A stretch of 37,596 nucleotides of DNA from an uncultured Candidatus Saccharibacteria bacterium (lineage in GTDB: Bacteria; Patescibacteriota; Minisyncoccia; Minisyncoccales; CG1-02-41-26), in assembly GCA_964472105.1 (NCBI GenBank), contig CAYYIZ010000001.1:1-37596 (forward strand), given 5' to 3'. Numbering within the stretch: position 1 is the first letter of the stretch; each line of letters begins with the position of its first letter. The notes beneath the pieces are model-generated. The model had not been told where the DNA came from, did no database searches, and saw nothing but the letters and a program-made list of their open reading frames with translations. Shown here one piece after another: positions 33,426 through 37,596 of this stretch. The position numbers and the translations under genes were made by a program.

Positions 33426-33992
33426 ATGGTACCTAACCCAAAATTTAAGATTGTTGTTTCCGGAGCGGCTGACGTTAGCCACTGCTGCCCAAAGATAAAA
33501 GAGCTGTCAGAAGAAATTGGCAAAGAAGTTATAAAGCAAGGAGGTGTTTTGCTGACCGGCGCTACCACCGGCGCCCCCTATTTTGCCGCCCAGGGCGCTA
33601 AAAAGGCTGGCGGCACCAGCATTGGCTTCTCTCCCGCCACTAGCGAAAAAGAACACGTGAAGACCTACCGTTTGCCGACCGACTACTTTGATTTAATTAT
33701 TTATACCGGCTTTGATTACGTTGGCCGCAACCTGATATTAACCAAAGCAGCCGATGGAGTAATTATTATTTGCGGCAGAACTGGCACCCTAAACGAGTTT
33801 ACCGTTGCTTTTGAATCAAAGATTCCAATCGGGATTTTACAGGATTCGGGGGGCACAGCCGATTTAATAGACGAAGTTTTAAAAAGAGGCTATCGGCCCA
33901 AAACGAAAATTGTCTACGACAAAGACCCGAAAAAGTTAGTCCAAAAGTTAATTAACCTCGTTAAAAAAGAAAAAAGGTCGAACAATCAATAA
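33426..33992 (+). CDS. TIGR00725 / LOG-like (SLOG superfamily) Rossmann-fold protein
   Basis: 188 aa. KIVVSGAAD, GGVLLTGATTG, IIICGRTGTLNEFTVAF. This matches the TIGR00725-type pattern by eye. Confidence 0.55.
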   Translation: MVPNPKFKIVVSGAADVSHCCPKIKELSEEIGKEVIKQGGVLLTGATTGAPYFAAQGAKKAGGTSIGFSPATSEKEHVKTYRLPTDYFDLIIYTGFDYVGRNLILTKAADGVIIICGRTGTLNEFTVAFESKIPIGILQDSGGTADLIDEVLKRGYRPKTKIVYDKDPKKLVQKLINLVKKEKRSNNQ

Positions 33993-34029
33993 TCAGTAAT
34001 AAATAATTAATAATTATTAATCAACAATT

Positions 34030-34293
34030 ATGGCAGAAGCTGAAGAAGGAAAATTAATTGGCAAGGTAACCCACTATTTTGACAACATTGAAGTAGCGGT
34101 AATTGAATTAACCGCTCCCCTGAAAATTGGCGAAAGCATCAGGATTGTTGGTGGGGAAGCAACCGACTTCACCCAGGAAATTGAGTCAATGGAGGTTGAA
34201 CACGAAAAGATAAAGAAAGCAAAAAAAGGAGATTCGGTTGGCTTGAAAGTGAAAGAAAAAGTTCGCGACGGCTATAAAGTGTACAAATTATAA
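34030..34293 (+). CDS. translation elongation factor-like small beta-barrel protein
   Basis: 87 aa. LIGKVTHYFDNIEVAVIELTAPLKIGESIRIVG...FTQEIESMEVEHEKIKKAKKGDSVGLKV resembles the stand-alone EF-Tu domain-2-like proteins common in archaea. Confidence 0.55.
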   Translation: MAEAEEGKLIGKVTHYFDNIEVAVIELTAPLKIGESIRIVGGEATDFTQEIESMEVEHEKIKKAKKGDSVGLKVKEKVRDGYKVYKL

Positions 34294-34383
34294 CCCTTAA
34301 AACCCCCAAGCAGACCTGATGCCAGATTTGGCAAATCACTTGTCTTATCTGCTTCCTTAATCTGTATTGTTTGGGTATATTCA

Positions 34384-34854
34384 ATGTTTTTAGACATTTC
34401 TCAACTTCAACCGTTTTTACAGCTTCTTTTAGCGGCTCTTTTAGGAAGCTTGATTGGCCTGGAAAGAGAATACAAGAGAAAAGAGGCCGGTTTAAAAACC
34501 TTTGCCCTGGTTTCTCTGGGAGCCTGCTTTTTCACCACGGTAGCTATTTATTTTGGCTCTCGCCCTGTCTTAACTAACTCTCTTATTCAAATTGACCCCA
34601 CCAGAGTAATCCAGGCAGTGGCTATTGGCATTGGTTTTATTGGCTCTGGTTTAATTATTCGTCAAAGGGGTCAGATTGAGGGACTGACCACCGCCGCCGC
34701 CTTATGGGCGGTGGCCGCCATTGGCATTGGCGTTGGAGTAAAACTATATTTCCTGGCAATCTTGGGAACTTTTCTCACTGTGGGAATTTTGGCAGGCTTC
34801 CGGTTAATAGAAGAGAAGCTTTTTCACAAAAATTCAGAAGAAGATGAAAGGTAA
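34384..34854 (+). CDS. mgtC: MgtC/SapB family membrane protein
   Basis: 156 aa. LLAALLGSLIGLEREYKRKEAGLKTFALVSLG and GLTTAAALWAVAAIGIGVG motifs. Confidence 0.8.
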   Translation: MFLDISQLQPFLQLLLAALLGSLIGLEREYKRKEAGLKTFALVSLGACFFTTVAIYFGSRPVLTNSLIQIDPTRVIQAVAIGIGFIGSGLIIRQRGQIEGLTTAAALWAVAAIGIGVGVKLYFLAILGTFLTVGILAGFRLIEEKLFHKNSEEDER

Positions 34855-35971
34855 AACATCTATTTTAGCTGCCGCCTCTTTAATTGGAACAATCATTGGG
34901 GCTGGGATTTTTGGCATCCCTTATGTAATGGCAAAAAGCGGAGTTGCTTCTTGCCTTTTTTATTTTTTAATTTTAGGGATGGTTGTTATTATTCTCCACT
35001 TGCTTTACGGAGAGGTTGTTTTAAGAACAAAAGAGAAGCATCGGATAATCGGCTTCACCGGAAAATACTTGGGCAAAAAAGCCAAATCCGTGATTACGGT
35101 GGCTGCTATCTTGGGGGCAGTCGGCGCTCTTTTGGCTTACCTAATTTTAGCCGGCCATTTTTTAAACCTTATTTTCCCCTCTTTAACCGCCTTACAGCTC
35201 AGTTTAATTTCCTGGGCTGTTTTGTCCTTTTTTGTTTTCTGGGGAATAAAATCAATTGCCTGGTCAGAGCTTTTAATCAACATTGCTTTCTTCGCGGTGG
35301 TTTGCCTGATTTTCTTTTTAAGTTTCCCGAAAATAAACTTAAGCAATTTTTCTTTTATCAACAAAAACTATGTTTTTTTGCCCTACGGGGTAATTCTTTT
35401 TAGTTTGATTGGCTGGAACGCTATCCCGGAAATTGAAGGAATTTTTACCAACAAAAAGAATCTTAAAAGGGTGATTTTCTGGAGCTTAATATTTGTTCTT
35501 GGTTTTAGCTTCTTGTTTGGGTTGATAATCAGCGGAGTAACCGGCCAAAGCACCACCAAAGAAGCGTTTGCCGGACTTCTGCCTGTTTTTGGCCCCGGAC
35601 TCACCATTCTCGGAGGCCTTTTTGGCTTTTTTGCCGTTGCCACCTCCTTTTTGGTTATCGCTAATTATCTTAAAAACACTCTGCGTTTTGATTATAAAGT
35701 TCCCTATTCTTTTAGTTTTTCCATCGCTTGCATAAGCCCTTTGATTTTGTTTTTACTTGGCATAAAAGAGTTTATTTGGGTTATTGCTTTTGTCGGCGCT
35801 TTCTTGGGCTTGACCGAAGGCACGGCCATTGTTTTAATTTACAAAAAAGCAAAAAGATTAGGCGACAGAATTCCGGAATACAGCTTAAAAGTTCCCAGTG
35901 GATTAATTTATTTAATAATCGCTGTTTTACTTTTTGGCACCATCGTCCATCTTTTGAATTTCTTCGGTTAA
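34844..35971 (+). CDS. amino acid permease (aromatic amino acid / Aa_trans-like transporter)
   Basis: 375 aa with about 10-11 predicted TM segments. N-terminal LIGTIIGAGIFGIPYVMAKSG motif. Overlaps mgtC by 11 nt. Confidence 0.65.
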   Translation: MKGKTSILAAASLIGTIIGAGIFGIPYVMAKSGVASCLFYFLILGMVVIILHLLYGEVVLRTKEKHRIIGFTGKYLGKKAKSVITVAAILGAVGALLAYLILAGHFLNLIFPSLTALQLSLISWAVLSFFVFWGIKSIAWSELLINIAFFAVVCLIFFLSFPKINLSNFSFINKNYVFLPYGVILFSLIGWNAIPEIEGIFTNKKNLKRVIFWSLIFVLGFSFLFGLIISGVTGQSTTKEAFAGLLPVFGPGLTILGGLFGFFAVATSFLVIANYLKNTLRFDYKVPYSFSFSIACISPLILFLLGIKEFIWVIAFVGAFLGLTEGTAIVLIYKKAKRLGDRIPEYSLKVPSGLIYLIIAVLLFGTIVHLLNFFG

Positions 35972-35973
35972 GC

Positions 35974-36002
35974 TTGACTTTTTTTGGAATCTATACTAAA
36001 AT
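35974..36002 (+). promoter_or_regulatory. near-consensus sigma70-type promoter TTGACT-17 nt-TAAAAT
   Basis: -35 at 35974-35979 (3 nt after the permease stop), 17-nt spacer, -10 at 35997-36002. Confidence 0.5.
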
Positions 36003-36028
36003 CGCTGATGTTCTTTAAAAGTACATAT

Positions 36029-36055
36029 TGATAACTATTGGCTGATAACTATTGG
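36029..36055 (+). repeat. tandem direct repeat 2 x TGATAACTATTGG (period 14 nt) between the promoter and the SD; candidate operator
   Basis: Identical 13-mers at 36029-36041 and 36043-36055, separated by one C. They lie about 27-53 nt downstream of the -10 element and 35 nt upstream of the start codon. Confidence 0.8.
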
Positions 36056-36090
36056 TTGGACAAAAATAAGAACAAAAAGGAGGTTTAAGA

Positions 36091-36891
36091 ATGAAGAACA
36101 TGATAGATAAGGAAGTTTTTCGAGGATTAATACTTGGAACCTCTGTGCTCATAGCCGCAGCCCACTTTATGGGGGTTCCCTTTCTGCTTATCGTTATGAT
36201 AACAGAATGGGTGCTTCTGATTTATCTTCTTTGCCTGTTATCAGGTCAAAACAAAGAAGAAAAGAAAGCTTTGAATGAAGGGGCAGCGGGGTTTTTCGGA
36301 AAATCCTTTATACAACCTGCCCAACCTTTTAATGGTATCGTAAAAGAGTGCAAGCCTTGTCTGCTGATGGCAAAGTTAAAGTGGGTCGTTGGTCTGCTCT
36401 TGCTCTCAGCAACTATCTTTTACATTTTATCTTTCTCGAACATCTCTTTGATTCATCCGCTGTTCGTTCAGATGAAGATAGTTAGCTTCTACACTCTCGC
36501 TACCATTTTTTTAGGAATCACTCTTGGGTCTATGATATTGATGATGTGGCTTGGGAGTAATTTTCCAATGTTGCGTTGGGTAGAAGCAAGTTTTTATTGT
36601 CCCACCCTAGAGGAAAGAGAAGGAATGGAGATAGCCAAGAGCAGTAACAAAGTTGCTAGACCCGAAGAAGTGATGAAAGAGGTGATAATTGCAATACGAA
36701 AGAAAGGTTGTCTTGTGGTACCGCATGCCTTTTTGGTTTTAGTAGAAGGTAGCCCTGACTCGTCCGGTAAATTAAAATCTGGGAAGATTCTCATTGCTGG
36801 GAAGGAACCAGTTTTCTCCCATCTGAAACTAAAAAAGGGCGAAATCAAGAGAGACATCCAATCAATAGAAAAGCCAATAGTTATTCAATAA
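36091..36891 (+). CDS. hypothetical membrane protein (about 4-5 TM helices plus a roughly 100-aa C-terminal soluble region)
   Basis: 266 aa. Strong SD AAAGGAGG 7 nt upstream of the ATG. Hydrophobic segments at residues about 15-55, 100-120 and 130-160. No motif recognised. Confidence 0.6.
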   Translation: MKNMIDKEVFRGLILGTSVLIAAAHFMGVPFLLIVMITEWVLLIYLLCLLSGQNKEEKKALNEGAAGFFGKSFIQPAQPFNGIVKECKPCLLMAKLKWVVGLLLLSATIFYILSFSNISLIHPLFVQMKIVSFYTLATIFLGITLGSMILMMWLGSNFPMLRWVEASFYCPTLEEREGMEIAKSSNKVARPEEVMKEVIIAIRKKGCLVVPHAFLVLVEGSPDSSGKLKSGKILIAGKEPVFSHLKLKKGEIKRDIQSIEKPIVIQ

Positions 36892-36902
36892 AAATTTATC
36901 CC

Positions 36903-36932
36903 AAAAAAGGGTTGCTTCGGCAGCCCTTTTTT
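36903..36932 (+). terminator. Rho-independent terminator (A6-gggttgc-ttcg-gcagccc-T6)
   Basis: 7-bp stem 36909-36915 / 36920-36926 (one G-U pair) with a UUCG tetraloop and a T6 tail at 36927-36932. Confidence 0.8.
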
Positions 36933-37039
36933 ACTTTGGAAAAACCTTTTGACAAACCGTCTTGAAAATGTCAAAATTAAGGTAGATTAAGAATAAAGAC
37001 AAAGGTCGCGATAGTTTTTAATTATAAAATTTAATTATT

Positions 37040-37408
37040 ATGGCTACAGAAGTTATAAAAAAAGACGGACGGAAAGAACCTTTTGATCCTGAAAAGATTA
37101 AGAGATCAATTACTGCCGCCGCCAACCTAACCGACCTTCCGGATGAGAGGAAAAATGAAGTAGTGGAGCAGGTGGCAACCGCGGCAATTCAGATGGCAGA
37201 AGGCAGAGAGGAAATATCAACCAGCGAGATCAAACAAAAAATTCTCGGTGATTTAGACGGCGTTGAACCGACTGTTTCAGAAGCTTGGAAAAAGTATGAA
37301 GAGGAGAAAAGCAAAGGCACCGAGAAGAGTGAAGGCGCTGAAGAGACCGCTGAAGGCACTGAAGAGGCCGCTGAAGGCGGTGAGAGCAGTGAACCTAAAG
37401 AAGAATAG
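37040..37408 (+). CDS. stand-alone ATP-cone domain protein with an acidic low-complexity tail
   Basis: 122 aa. VIKKDGRKEPFDPEKIKRSI is the canonical ATP-cone opening, and there is no NrdR-type zinc ribbon before it. The C-terminal roughly 35 aa are Glu/Gly/Ala/Thr repeats encoded by reiterated gctgaaggc units. Confidence 0.7.
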   Translation: MATEVIKKDGRKEPFDPEKIKRSITAAANLTDLPDERKNEVVEQVATAAIQMAEGREEISTSEIKQKILGDLDGVEPTVSEAWKKYEEEKSKGTEKSEGAEETAEGTEEAAEGGESSEPKEE

Positions 37409-37426
37409 ATTTCGCACGTTTCTGAC

Positions 37427-37454
37427 AAAAAAGCGCCCCTGCGGGGGCGCTTTT
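37427..37454 (+). terminator. Rho-independent terminator (A-run, gcgcccc-tgcg-ggggcgc, TTTT)
   Basis: 7-bp all-GC stem 37433-37439 / 37444-37450 with a 4-nt loop and a T4 tail. Confidence 0.8.
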
Positions 37455-37557
37455 GAATTGGCCCTCTTTTTCATTTTCTTGACAAAACACTCTTTATCTC
37501 ATAAGGTGAAACAGACGTCTTTAACAGTAAATTATTCTTCATAAGGAGGCAAAAAAA

Positions 37558-37596
37558 ATGTTTTGGAAACCAAAACTGATATGTCCAGAATGCGGC
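37558..37596 (+). CDS. 5' end of an unidentified CDS (MFWKPKLICPECG..., possible zinc-ribbon start), runs off the window
   Basis: ATG preceded by SD AAGGAGG (37543-37549) and a candidate promoter TTGACA-17-TAAGGT (37479-37507). Only 13 codons are visible. Confidence 0.4.
   Translation, partial: MFWKPKLICPECG

Noticed and set aside
2586-35643. Numerous 60-150-aa ORFs nested antisense or out of frame inside long conserved genes. Examples: 2586..2936, 5246..5620, 7558..8031, 8363..8689, 11061..11345, 14575..14841, 16072..16329, 23256..23642, 23827..24126, 31497..31868, 32201..32500, 34951..35403 and 35383..35643.
   Set aside because: Each is fully contained in a gene with strong family motifs on the other strand or frame, lacks translation signals, and shows low-complexity or hydrophobic shadow-ORF composition.
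1-37596. CRISPR arrays, rRNA genes, transposases/integrases, prophage genes, and recognisable defence systems (restriction-modification, toxin-antitoxin, retron, CBASS-type).
   Set aside because: Scanning the intergenic regions and ORF translations revealed no regularly spaced repeat arrays, no rRNA-like conserved segments, and no recombinase, nuclease-methylase or reverse-transcriptase signatures. The only repeats are the short ones listed as features.

Overview
AT-rich, gene-dense bacterial chromosome segment that starts at the classic replication-origin neighbourhood (jag-yidC-yidD-rnpA-rpmH on the minus strand, then dnaA-dnaN on the plus strand). It continues through DNA repair and recombination genes (ruvC, yebC, ruvB, polA, mutM, holA, uvrB, ruvA), a PilB-type ATPase, a two-component module and cell-wall enzymes. 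The gene content suggests a small-genome Patescibacteria/CPR-like bacterium (inference only): short YidC, lamin-tail-domain surface protein, lone PilB, many short overlapping genes, and many archaeal/eukaryote-type genes. The genetic code looks standard, since TGA terminates dnaA and rpmH. I saw no rRNA genes, CRISPR arrays, transposases or integrases. The second half (about 24.9-34.3 kb) is the unusual part. It holds a co-directional run of archease, RtcB, a Lys/Pro-repeat protein, DUF763 and a presenilin/SPP-type GxGD protease. It also holds a divergent Elp3 / Trm9-like methyltransferase pair next to tRNA-Arg(CCG), and a GlmS homolog reduced to its isomerase half. Other points worth follow-up: a roughly 120-nt structured RNA candidate with a consensus sigma70 promoter between ruvB and pilB; an in-frame TAA inside rnpA; a histidine kinase apparently split at an A8 run; an NrnA-like protein with every catalytic motif degenerate; and two self-contained cassettes of unknown function (19.1-19.8 kb and 36.0-36.9 kb). 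All domain assignments come from motif recognition by eye, not from database searches.
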